64,000 nt of DNA, from NCBI GenBank assembly GCA_020148045.1, contig JAHCRG010000003.1, positions 34,087 to 98,086 of the forward strand, read 5' to 3'. This document shows, piece after piece, positions 28,793 to 37,494 of this stretch. This DNA comes from Patescibacteria group bacterium. Lineage in GTDB: Bacteria; Patescibacteriota; Minisyncoccia; Minisyncoccales; GWA2-38-27. The notes beneath the pieces were generated by a model. That model made no database searches. It was given only the letters and a program-made list of their open reading frames with translations, and was not told the DNA's origin. Made by a program: the position numbers and the translations under genes. How positions within the stretch are numbered: the first letter of the stretch is position 1; every line of letters starts with the position of its first letter.

Positions 28793-29134
28793 ATGGATGG
28801 GTTCCAGGAATTGAGAGAGAAATTAAGGAAGGTTATCCTTGGCGAAAAAGATAAGATTAGTAAAGTGTTTCCAAAACTTAATTTAAATGATGGAAACCTT
28901 TCTTCTTTTACTAAAAAAGTTTTATCAGAAGCTGAGTATTTTCGTTTTAGCTGTCGGCTTAGTGATGAAATAGAATCTCCCGAGGAGCTGCGAGAGAAAT
29001 ATAGTGACGGAAGACATTTCGCTGTTGAAGATAACAAAGTGATAATATCAATTGATGATGAAAAGAAGCTCCACGATTTTTTAAGCGCTAGCAATGAATG
29101 GGTTAAAGATGGAAGCGTTGAACTTGTTATTTAA
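28793..29134 (+). CDS. hypothetical protein (113 aa)
   Basis: Good RBS AAAGGAGG; the antisense ORF 28756..29094 is judged to be a shadow. Confidence 0.35.
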   Translation: MDGFQELREKLRKVILGEKDKISKVFPKLNLNDGNLSSFTKKVLSEAEYFRFSCRLSDEIESPEELREKYSDGRHFAVEDNKVIISIDDEKKLHDFLSASNEWVKDGSVELVI

Positions 29135-29159
29135 CAAAGATATTGAAAGGAGGATTTGA

Positions 29160-29273
29160 ATGGGACAGAGAAATAGACGTCCTAGTCAGAAGAAAACGCA
29201 TTGTAATATCTGTAACAGAAGAACACTTACTAAGAAAAACGGTAATTGTGAAAGGTGTGGTAAGCCAAAGTAA
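29160..29273 (+). CDS. small zinc-ribbon protein (37 aa, CxxC…CxxC)
   Basis: Ideal RBS GAAAGGAGGATTTGA ATG. MGQRNRRPSQKKTHCNICNRRTLTKKNGNCERCGKPK*. Not in the ORF track because it is under 60 aa. Confidence 0.45.
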   Translation: MGQRNRRPSQKKTHCNICNRRTLTKKNGNCERCGKPK

Positions 29274-29427
29274 AGGGGAATATCCCTATGGCTATAAAGC
29301 GCTTCTTATCTTAACGGAGCGCTTTTTCACTTGTTAAAAAACTTGACAAAAATTTATGGATTTGGTATGATGTAGGCAATCAAAGACTGTTTTTTTAACA
29401 AGTGAATATGGATATAGAATTTCAGAA
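29260..29427 (+). repeat. 168-bp direct repeat copy 1 (terminator hairpin + sigma70-like promoter TTGACA-17-TATGAT + 5' UTR)
   Basis: Matches 30795..30961 at all but 3 substitutions and a 1-bp indel. Hairpin AGCGCTtc…ggAGCGCT+T5 at 29298-29326; TTGACA 29343-29348; TATGAT 29366-29371. Confidence 0.85.
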
Positions 29428-29524
29428 AAGAGGTGAAAGTGAAGCAAAAGTGTTTTTTAAGGTTTTGTAAAATGATAGGAATATTGTTAGGAAGATTAAC
29501 AGAGTTCTTTGGAGGAATGAGAAA

Positions 29525-30760
29525 ATGTTTACTTCATGCAAATGGCCTCAATTAATAACTTGCAAACAAAGCAGTAAATTAACAATGCCGTTACTTGTAT
29601 TGCTTGCCATCTTTCTATTCGGCCGATCGGCCGAGGCACAATACGGCGGCGGCACCGGAGACCCCAGTGACCCTTACCTGATTTACACGGCCGAGCAGGT
29701 GAATGCAATTGGGGCCGAGCCCAACGATTGGGACAGGCACTTTAAGCTCATGGCAGATATTGATTTGAGCGGCGTTACGGGAACAGATTTTAACATCATC
29801 GGATACTATCGAACTTGGCAAGACCACAAGCCATTTACCGGCGTTTTTGACGGCAGCGGCAAGATAATCTCAAACTTCAGCTACACTTCTACGGATACAG
29901 ACTACATAGGACTTTTCGGGTACGTTATGGGAGGAAATGCAGTAATTAAGGATTTGGGATTGATTGACCCAAATATTGATGCGGGAACAGGAAATTGCGT
30001 TGGCTCGCTGGTCGCAATCAATATTGGCACAATCACCAACTGCTATGCCCAGGGCGGCAGCGTTTCTGGCAATGACGAAGTCGGCGGCCTGGTGGGATGG
30101 AATAAGTGGAGAACAATCTCCGACTGCTATTCAACCAGCTACGTTTCGGGAAATTGGCGTGTCGGCGGCCTGGCGGGATTCAATGATTGTGCCCCAATCA
30201 CCAACTGCTATTCAACCGGCAGCGTTTCAGGAACAACAGATGTCGGCGGCCTGGTGGGAAATAATGAGGGCACAATCACCAACTGCTATTCAACCAGCTA
30301 TGTTTTGGGAAATCGGCGTGTCGGTGGCCTTGTGGGAGAAAATGGGTACGAAGGCTACTTGGGGAGCACATATGGTACGATATCCAACTGCTATTCGAGC
30401 GGCAGCGTTTTGGGAGATGGTTATGTCGGAGGCCTGGCGGGATATAATCGTTCTGGCACAATCATCAACTGCTATTCAACCAGCTACGTTTCGGGAGATA
30501 GTTATGTCGGTGGCCTGGTGGGAGAAAATTTTTGGGGTGGTGAGGTTATGGCTTCTTTCTGGGATATTGAAACCAGCGGACAGACAGCGAGTGCTGGGAC
30601 GGGTAAAACAACGGCCGAGATGCAGACCGAGAGCACGTTTTCTGATGCTGGCTGGGATTTTCTAGTCGAGAGCGTAAATGGCACCGAGGATATCTGGTGG
30701 ATTCTCGAAGGTCAGGATTATCCCCGGCTGAGTTGGGAGCTCATCGGAGACGGCTCGTAG
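29525..30760 (+). CDS. secreted GLUG-motif repeat protein (GC-rich)
   Basis: Signal-peptide-like MPLLVLLAIFLFGRSAEA. About six tandem ~27-aa repeats TI(T/S)NCYS…V(S/L)G…VGGL(V/A)G, the GLUG motif. GC content is far above flanking DNA. Confidence 0.65.
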   Translation: MFTSCKWPQLITCKQSSKLTMPLLVLLAIFLFGRSAEAQYGGGTGDPSDPYLIYTAEQVNAIGAEPNDWDRHFKLMADIDLSGVTGTDFNIIGYYRTWQDHKPFTGVFDGSGKIISNFSYTSTDTDYIGLFGYVMGGNAVIKDLGLIDPNIDAGTGNCVGSLVAINIGTITNCYAQGGSVSGNDEVGGLVGWNKWRTISDCYSTSYVSGNWRVGGLAGFNDCAPITNCYSTGSVSGTTDVGGLVGNNEGTITNCYSTSYVLGNRRVGGLVGENGYEGYLGSTYGTISNCYSSGSVLGDGYVGGLAGYNRSGTIINCYSTSYVSGDSYVGGLVGENFWGGEVMASFWDIETSGQTASAGTGKTTAEMQTESTFSDAGWDFLVESVNGTEDIWWILEGQDYPRLSWELIGDGS

Positions 30761-30794
30761 CTATTCATAGCTACGGTTGTTGCCAACAGCAAGA

Positions 30795-30961
30795 GTAAAC
30801 CAAAGTAAAGGGGAATATCCCTACGGCTATAAAGCGCTTCTTATCTTAACGGAGCGCTTTTTCACTTGTTAAAAAACTTGACAGAAATTTATGGGTTTGG
30901 TAATGTAGGCAATCAAAGACTGTTTTTTTAACAAGTGAATATGGATATAGAATTTCAGAAA
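30795..30961 (+). repeat. 168-bp direct repeat copy 2 (terminator + promoter TTGACA-17-TAATGT + 5' UTR)
   Basis: See copy 1. Hairpin 30833-30861; TTGACA 30878-30883. Confidence 0.85.
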
Positions 30962-30977
30962 TCAGAAAGGAGAAAAA

Positions 30978-31823
30978 ATGATTAGCAAACAAACAAATAC
31001 AATCAGAATCTTGGTAGTAGCCTGTTTGATTTTATGTTGTCTCTATCTTATTGGTGTTGTGAGAAGAGAGGCAAGGGCGTTAAATTTACGCAACGTGACC
31101 GACAGTCTTATTTTGTCTATTGAGTTTACGACTGAGCCAGGTATGGATTATATTCAGGCTAAAGCTGATTATGTGGAGATATTATATAAATATGTCAGAC
31201 ACATGGAGAATCGGCATATACCCTTGTTGTTTTTCTTTTCAAGGAGTAATATTGCGGGAGACCTGAAACGTGTAGTGAGGGATTTGGAAAAAGCCGATGA
31301 ACTAAACGCTCGTGAGGCTATAGAAAAGGCTTCAGAAGCAATCGCTGAATTTTTCACCAAAACGAAGCCGTTCACAGATGAATCAATTATTACCTTTGAA
31401 TCCGAAGTTATATCTGAGGAAATACAAACTGCTATCAAGGATTCGCTTCAGGAAGCGCATGAGAAAGCAGAGACATGTGCCAATGATTCAAATGTGGCTA
31501 ATTTTGAAGCGCTATATCGGGCCAACAGAAAAGCGATAGTTTATTTGTACCTTGCTCGTTTTGAGTATCAAGAAATCGTTGATGAAGAAAAACTTAGAAC
31601 GTTTCGAACAGATCTAAACGCGACTTGCTATCGGAACGAGGCTTTGCAAGATTCTGATACCGTGGAAATCAGTGAGGAAGAGTGTTCGCGGCTTACTGTA
31701 TATTATGGTAGCGAGCTTCGCCGTCTTGGGATTTTGTATGCGATCATAGACAATAATATACAGCAAGCTTATGATTTATTACAAACAGAAATGGCTGCAA
31801 GAAAAGCTATCCCCGATATTTAA
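30978..31823 (+). CDS. membrane-anchored hypothetical protein (281 aa, GC-rich)
   Basis: RBS AAAGGAGAAAAAATG, one N-terminal TM, acidic helical rest; driven by repeat copy 2. Confidence 0.4.
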   Translation: MISKQTNTIRILVVACLILCCLYLIGVVRREARALNLRNVTDSLILSIEFTTEPGMDYIQAKADYVEILYKYVRHMENRHIPLLFFFSRSNIAGDLKRVVRDLEKADELNAREAIEKASEAIAEFFTKTKPFTDESIITFESEVISEEIQTAIKDSLQEAHEKAETCANDSNVANFEALYRANRKAIVYLYLARFEYQEIVDEEKLRTFRTDLNATCYRNEALQDSDTVEISEEECSRLTVYYGSELRRLGILYAIIDNNIQQAYDLLQTEMAARKAIPDI

Positions 31824-31923
31824 TTCATAGATATACCGTACTTAAAGCGTGGGAATATTGATTAGTCAATACTCATCCGCGCTTTTTATTTGAAATCATT
31901 TTCGTCTTTGATAAGATAGAGTA

Positions 31924-32742
31924 ATGCTAATAGATACTCATGCGCATCTTAATTTTAATGCATTTAGAGGTGACTTAGATGAAGTCATTGAGCGTTCTTT
32001 GGCTGAAAATGTTTGGGTGATAAATGTTGGCTCAAAATATGAGACAAGCAAAAGAGCAGTTGAGATTGCTGAAAAATATGAAAAAGGTATATATGCAACA
32101 ATTGGGCTTCATCCTATTTATTCAACAGCTGGAATAGTCAAAATAAAAACTGATCCCGAAGAGGGTAATTTTGTAGCGAGCGGAGAGGATTTTGATAACG
32201 AAAGATATAAAGAGCTTGCGAAGTCAGAAAAAGTAGTAGCAATTGGAGAGATTGGTTTGGATTATTATTACAAGCCGAAAACAAAAAGAAAACTTGAATT
32301 ATTTAAAGAAAAACAGAGAACAGTTCTCTGGAAACAATTAGATTTAGTTAAGGAATTAAATCTGCCAGTAATTTTCCATTGTAGAATGGCCCATAATGAC
32401 TTGCTGGAGATTTTGAAAAATCATCAAGTCCCAGGCGTTATCCATTGCTTTACTGGAAATTGGAACCAAGCAAAAGAATATTTAGAAATGGGATTTTATT
32501 TGGGAATTAATGGGATAATTTACAAATTAGATTTAAAAGAGGTGATTGAGAAAGCACCTTTGGAGAAAATTCTAATAGAAACCGATTGTCCTTATCTTAC
32601 GCCACCACAAGCAGGAGTTGAACGTAACGAGCCGATTTTTGTAAAATACATTGCTCAAGACATTGCCAGAATAAAAAACTTAGATTTCCAAAAAGTGGCT
32701 GAAACTACCTCCCAAAACGCCAAAAATTTATTCGGAATATAA
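31924..32742 (+). CDS. tatD: TatD family hydrolase
   Basis: MLIDTHAHLNF…GEIGLDYYY…HCF…ETDCPYL metal-ligand pattern. Confidence 0.8.
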   Translation: MLIDTHAHLNFNAFRGDLDEVIERSLAENVWVINVGSKYETSKRAVEIAEKYEKGIYATIGLHPIYSTAGIVKIKTDPEEGNFVASGEDFDNERYKELAKSEKVVAIGEIGLDYYYKPKTKRKLELFKEKQRTVLWKQLDLVKELNLPVIFHCRMAHNDLLEILKNHQVPGVIHCFTGNWNQAKEYLEMGFYLGINGIIYKLDLKEVIEKAPLEKILIETDCPYLTPPQAGVERNEPIFVKYIAQDIARIKNLDFQKVAETTSQNAKNLFGI

Positions 32743-32770
32743 TTAAGGAGCTTAGCTCCTCGAATTAGCT

Positions 32771-32806
32771 TAGCTCCGAAAGAAAGAGGCCTATTCGATT
32801 TCACGA
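32771..32806. terminator. bidirectional hairpin GAGGCCT…AGGCCTTTTCT after tatD
   Basis: Palindromic AGGCCT arms and a T-run. Confidence 0.4.
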
Positions 32807-33091
32807 ACAGGCCTTTTCTGAATTTTTTTATTTTGGGAGTTTTTAGATTCTTTTTGAGCCTTCAGAAAGAAAACCCAAAGTATTAAAGGAACTCCAAAGA
32901 TTATAATATAACTAATAATTAATACAATGGTTAGGGTGGTTGGGTTCATTGGGTTCATTTTAGTGCCCTTCTTTTTTAGAGAGATAAACTATTATTTACT
33001 TGTTTAAGTAACTACTTCTATATTATGCCATTATTTTTAGATTGTCAACTTTTTTAAAAAAGCTAATTATGTTATGATAAAAAATTAGAAT

Positions 33092-35551
33092 ATGGAGAAA
33101 TATAATCCGAGGAAAATTGAGAAAAAGTGGCAGAAGAGGTGGGAGGAATTGGATGTTTTTCGGGCTTTTGATAGGTCAAAAAAGCCAAAGTTTTATGTTT
33201 TAGTTGAGTTTCCTTATCCTTCTGGTGAAGGCCTTCATGTTGGTCATTGCAGAGGCTACGTTGCTATGGATGTTTTGGCTCGGAAAAGAAGAATGCAAGG
33301 TTTTAATGTTTTATTTCCCATGGGCTGGGATGCTTTTGGTTTGCCAACAGAAAACTATGCTATCAAAACCGGAATTCATCCGGCAATCGCCACTAAAAAA
33401 AATACAGCTGTTTTTAAACGCCAGCAGAAAAACTTAGGCCTTTCTTTTGATTGGAGCAGAGAGATTAATACTACTGACCCTTTTTATTATAAATGGACTC
33501 AATGGATATTTGTCCAATTATTTAAAAAGGGCTTAACTTACAAAGCAAAAATGCCCATTAACTGGTGCCCGAGTTGCAAGATTGGCTTGGCTAACGAGGA
33601 GGTAGTTGACGGCAAGTGTGAACGGTGCGGGGAGAAAGTAGTCAGAAAAGAAAAAGGGCAGTGGATGCTGAAGATTACCAAATATGCTGAGAGATTAATT
33701 CAAGATTTAGATAAGGTTGATTATCCAGAAAGAGTTAAGATTTCCCAAAAAGAATGGATAGGCAAGTCAGAGGGAGTAGAAGTTGAATTCAAAATTCAAA
33801 ACCAACCCTCCGGGGAGTCTCTCACTTCGTTCAATCCAGCAAAATTCAAAATTCCCGTCTTTACTACTAGGACAGACACCTTGTTTGGATGTACCTATTT
33901 AGTATTAGCACCGGAATATCCATTAATTGAAGAACTTAAAGATAAAATTACAAATTATAAACAGGTTAAAGATTATATTGAAAAATCAAAAAAGAAAATA
34001 GAGAAAGAGAGAACTACCGAAGATAAGGAAAAAACTGGTATAAAACTTAGAGGCGTTAAAGCTATAAATCCGGTTAATAACAGGGAAATTCCTATTTTTG
34101 TGGCAGATTATGTGCTAATGCATTATGGAACCGGGGCAATTATGGCAGTGCCAGCTCACGACCAGCGTGACTTTGATTTTGCTAAACGCTATAATCTTCC
34201 CATAATTGAGGTCATCAAACCCAAAAATGCCAAACCCAGAGTTTTAGATAGAGCTTATGAAGGAGAAGGTATTTTAATCGACTCGGGACGTTTCACTGGA
34301 ATGAGATCAGAAGATGCCAGAGGGAGGATGGGCCAGTGGTTAGCTAAAAAGGATTTAGCTAAAAAAGCAGTTCACTACAAACTAAGAGATTGGATTTTTT
34401 CCAGACAGCGATACTGGGGTGAGCCAATACCAATGGTAAAATGTGAGAAGTGTGGCTGGCAGCCGGTGCTGGAAGACGATCTACCAGTTAAATTGCCCAG
34501 AGTTAAGGAATACAAGCCAACTGAAAAAGGTGAGTCACCTTTGGCAAAAGTTAAAAATTGGGTGAATACTAAATGTCCTAAATGTGGGGACCCAGGGCAA
34601 AGAGAAACTGACGTGATGCCAAATTGGGCCGGTTCTAATTGGTATTATCTTCGTTATTGTGATCCTCAAAATGAGAGGAAATTAGCTGACCCAAAGTTGC
34701 TGAAACACTGGATGCCGGTGGATTGGTATAATGGCGGTATGGAACACGTTACTTTGCATTTATTGTATTCTCGTTTTATTTACAAATTTTTATGGGATAT
34801 TAAAGCTGTGCCAAAATCTATTGGTTCAGAACCTTATAAAAGACGAACTTCTCATGGGATAGTTCTCGGGGAAGGAGGAATTAAAATGTCAAAATCAAAA
34901 GGCAATGTGATTAATCCCGAAAAGGTTGTAAAAGAACACGGAGCTGATACTATGAGAGTTTATGAAATGTTTATGGGCCCTTTTGAGCAGATGATTCCCT
35001 GGGATACAAAAGGAGTAAAAGGAGTAAGAAGGTTTTTGGAGAAAGTTTGGAAATTGCAATATAAAGTTGGCCAAAAATTAGGCGATGGCCCTGGGTTGGA
35101 AAGATTAGTTCACAAGACAATTAAAAAAGTAGGGGAGGATATTGAGAGCTTGAAATATAATACAGCGGTTTCTGCTTTAATGGTTTTAACTAACAAAATG
35201 GGTAGCTATAAAGAGATTTCTCTGAATTATTATTCATTACTCTTGATTCTTTTGTGCCCTTTTGCTCCGCATATTACAGAAGAGCTCTGGTATAGAGCAA
35301 AGATTAAAGGATTATGCTGTAATCAAGAATGGCTTAAGTATAATCCGAAATTAATTAAAGAAAAGAAAGTAATTTTAGTTATTCAGATTAATGGTAAAAT
35401 TCGTGGTAAAATAGAAGTCGAAGCTGGTATATCTGAAAAGAAAGCAAAAGAGCTTGCCTTAATCCAAGAAAAAATAATAAAATGGACAAAAGGCAAGAAA
35501 ATTAAAAAGACAATATTTGTCCCTGGAAAATTAATTAATTTTGTAGTATGA
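33092..35551 (+). CDS. leuS: leucyl-tRNA synthetase
   Basis: YPSGEGLHVGHCRGY (HIGH), KMSKSKGN, CP1 editing domain; 819 aa. Confidence 0.9.
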   Translation: MEKYNPRKIEKKWQKRWEELDVFRAFDRSKKPKFYVLVEFPYPSGEGLHVGHCRGYVAMDVLARKRRMQGFNVLFPMGWDAFGLPTENYAIKTGIHPAIATKKNTAVFKRQQKNLGLSFDWSREINTTDPFYYKWTQWIFVQLFKKGLTYKAKMPINWCPSCKIGLANEEVVDGKCERCGEKVVRKEKGQWMLKITKYAERLIQDLDKVDYPERVKISQKEWIGKSEGVEVEFKIQNQPSGESLTSFNPAKFKIPVFTTRTDTLFGCTYLVLAPEYPLIEELKDKITNYKQVKDYIEKSKKKIEKERTTEDKEKTGIKLRGVKAINPVNNREIPIFVADYVLMHYGTGAIMAVPAHDQRDFDFAKRYNLPIIEVIKPKNAKPRVLDRAYEGEGILIDSGRFTGMRSEDARGRMGQWLAKKDLAKKAVHYKLRDWIFSRQRYWGEPIPMVKCEKCGWQPVLEDDLPVKLPRVKEYKPTEKGESPLAKVKNWVNTKCPKCGDPGQRETDVMPNWAGSNWYYLRYCDPQNERKLADPKLLKHWMPVDWYNGGMEHVTLHLLYSRFIYKFLWDIKAVPKSIGSEPYKRRTSHGIVLGEGGIKMSKSKGNVINPEKVVKEHGADTMRVYEMFMGPFEQMIPWDTKGVKGVRRFLEKVWKLQYKVGQKLGDGPGLERLVHKTIKKVGEDIESLKYNTAVSALMVLTNKMGSYKEISLNYYSLLLILLCPFAPHITEELWYRAKIKGLCCNQEWLKYNPKLIKEKKVILVIQINGKIRGKIEVEAGISEKKAKELALIQEKIIKWTKGKKIKKTIFVPGKLINFVV

Positions 35552-35591
35552 AAAAATTAATTTACCAAAGTGTCACTTTAAACATGCTTCT

Positions 35592-36968
35592 ATGATTAAA
35601 AAAGTAGTTATTGCTGCTGCGGGTCAGGGGACTCGCATGCTTCATCTTACCAAAGAAAAATCTAAACATCTTATTAGGGTCAAAAAAAGACCCTTTTTAG
35701 CTTATCTTTTAGATAATCTTTTTTTAGCAGGTTATAGAGATTTGATTTTGGTGACTGGTTTTAAAGAAGAGTTAATAGAAGAATTTTTAAATAGATACAA
35801 ACCGCCTCTTAAAAGTTTAAGAAAGAGTCAGTATAAAATTAGGATGGTCAGTCAGTATGAGATTTTAGGACCAAAAGATAAAATGTATGGCACTGCCTGT
35901 CCCTTGATGTGTGTTAAAGACATTGTTAAAAAAAGCCAATTTATTTATCTTTGCGGAGATAATCTTTATTCTGTTAGAGATTTAAAAGCAATGAATATTG
36001 GAGGAAATCATAGTTATGTCGCCGGTATTTATCAAAAAAATCCTGAAAAATATGGTGTTCTTGTTGGAGATGATGGATTTTTATTAAAAATTGTTGAAAA
36101 GCCAAAAGAGTTTATAGGTAATTTAGTTAATACCGGCCTTTATAAATTTACCTTTGATATTTTTGATAAGCTTGGAAAAATTAAGAAATCTCCTCGGGGC
36201 GAGTACGAAATTACAGATGCTATTAATCTTTTGGCAAGAAAAAAGAAAGTGAAAATTCAGAAAATTAAGGATTTTTGGTTGGATTTTGGCAATCCGGCAG
36301 ATATAATAAAGATTTCTTACTTTTTAAGGTCTTTTAAAAAGTTTAAAGAACTTTTCTGGAAACACAAAGATTTTGAAATTATTTCTTACCGGGCGAGAGA
36401 TGTAGTTGAAAAAGCTGTAGAATTTCTTGAAAGGGGACAGGTTGTAGTTTGTCCTACAGATACTGTCTATGGACTTTTGGCTGATGCCACTAATGATAAA
36501 GCAGTAGAGAAAGTTTTTGAAATAAAGAGAAGAGATAAGAAAAAAGCTATCCCTATTTTTGTTAAGGATATGAAGATGGCAAAAAAGCTGGCTCTGATGA
36601 ACAAAAATTTGGAAGAATTTTTGGAAGAAATTTGGCCCGGGAAAATAACAGTAGCTTTAAAAAGGAAAGAAAGGTGCAGTTTACCAAAAACATTATTTGG
36701 CCGGAAGGAAACAATTGGTCTAAGAATCCCGGATTATAAATTAGTTGCCCAAATTCTTAAAAAAATAAACAAACCTCTGACTAGCACTTCAGCTAACATT
36801 TCTGGCAGAGCTTCTTCAACAAAAATTAGAGAAATTTTAGAACAATTTGAGGAACAAGAAGTTAAACCAGATTTAATTTTGGATGCCGGCAACCTGTCAA
36901 AAAGTTTCCCTTCAACCGTAGTTGATTTTAGTGAGAAGAAACCTAAAATTTTAAGAAAGGGGAGATAA
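35592..36968 (+). CDS. fusion: sugar-phosphate nucleotidyltransferase-like N-domain + YrdC/Sua5 (TsaC) threonylcarbamoyl-AMP synthase domain
   Basis: N-terminal VIAAAGQGTRM (G-x-G-T-R NTP-transferase loop). C-terminal VVVCPTDTVYGLLADATNDKAVEKVFEIKRRDKKKAIPIF is the YrdC signature. Confidence 0.6.
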   Translation: MIKKVVIAAAGQGTRMLHLTKEKSKHLIRVKKRPFLAYLLDNLFLAGYRDLILVTGFKEELIEEFLNRYKPPLKSLRKSQYKIRMVSQYEILGPKDKMYGTACPLMCVKDIVKKSQFIYLCGDNLYSVRDLKAMNIGGNHSYVAGIYQKNPEKYGVLVGDDGFLLKIVEKPKEFIGNLVNTGLYKFTFDIFDKLGKIKKSPRGEYEITDAINLLARKKKVKIQKIKDFWLDFGNPADIIKISYFLRSFKKFKELFWKHKDFEIISYRARDVVEKAVEFLERGQVVVCPTDTVYGLLADATNDKAVEKVFEIKRRDKKKAIPIFVKDMKMAKKLALMNKNLEEFLEEIWPGKITVALKRKERCSLPKTLFGRKETIGLRIPDYKLVAQILKKINKPLTSTSANISGRASSTKIREILEQFEEQEVKPDLILDAGNLSKSFPSTVVDFSEKKPKILRKGR

Positions 36969-37102
36969 TAGTATATCTCCCGGCAAAATCCCTGACAAAT
37001 CTGTCAACCTATGACACAGTGTAAGTGTTATGGTGAAGTAGTTATAACTTCGCAAAATGTTAATTAAAAACCAATAGTAGATAAATATCAAGGAGATGAA
37101 AA

Positions 37103-37336
37103 ATGAAAGTAGGAACGAAAGTAGAAATGAAAGTAAAAATGATTTTGATGCCAGGAATTTTCTTTCTGATGCTCGCGGTAGCATTAATTTATATAACTTT
37201 TTCCGGGGAAGCATCTGATCCGAGTAAAACAGCGATTGCTGGGATTGTGGCAGCTGTGCCTGGTATAACTTTCACAAGTATTGGACTTTTATGGATTAAG
37301 GAAGCCGTTAAGAAAGGTATTAAGAAAGCCACATGA
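37103..37336 (+). CDS. small membrane protein (77 aa)
   Basis: RBS CAAGGAGATGAAAAATG; two TM helices. The 5' end contains a 12-nt x3 tandem repeat. Terminator at 37371-37398. Confidence 0.4.
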   Translation: MKVGTKVEMKVKMILMPGIFFLMLAVALIYITFSGEASDPSKTAIAGIVAAVPGITFTSIGLLWIKEAVKKGIKKAT

Positions 37337-37420
37337 TAAAGTACATTTCAAACACTGCACATTACACCAGAGCCGAGTAGGTGATGCTCGGCCTTTTTAT
37401 TTTTGATTTTTTAATATTTT

Positions 37421-37458
37421 GAGAACTGTTCCTGTAGAGCTCTACGAGAACAGTTCTC
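37421..37458. repeat. 38-bp near-perfect palindrome GAGAACTGTTC-CTGTAGAGCTCTACGA-GAACAGTTCTC
   Basis: Contains CTCTACGAGAACAGTTCTC, also present at 56768-56790; the GAGAACnGTTCTC core is also at 32314-32330. Confidence 0.6.
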
Positions 37459-37494
37459 TTAACATTAATCGAAAATGTAGTAAAATAAAAGAAT

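Noticed and set aside
28756-29094. Antisense 112-aa ORF opposite the 28793..29134 CDS; similar short minus-strand ORFs at 661-867, 2307-2528, 36951-37214, 56531-56848, 62054-62458 and 62386-62658
   Set aside because: Shadow ORFs inside, or antisense to, well-supported + strand genes or low-complexity intergenic sequence. They lack RBSs, and their translations are low-complexity.
29964-30665. 233-aa + strand ORF in an alternative frame inside the GLUG gene
   Set aside because: Produced by the near-identical DNA repeats of the GLUG gene; the repeat-derived, low-complexity Trp/Ala-rich translation has no start context. The GLUG frame has the RBS and a signal peptide.
29260-30961. Diversity-generating retroelement TR/VR pair
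   Set aside because: The repeats are non-coding promoter/terminator modules. Their differences are not adenine-specific, and no reverse transcriptase gene is nearby.
32775-32945. 56-aa minus-strand small membrane ORF (MNPMNPTTLTIVLIISYIIIFGV…) between tatD and leuS
   Set aside because: Possible, but its 3' end reads through the bidirectional terminator hairpin and the RBS is weak. Not reported as a feature.
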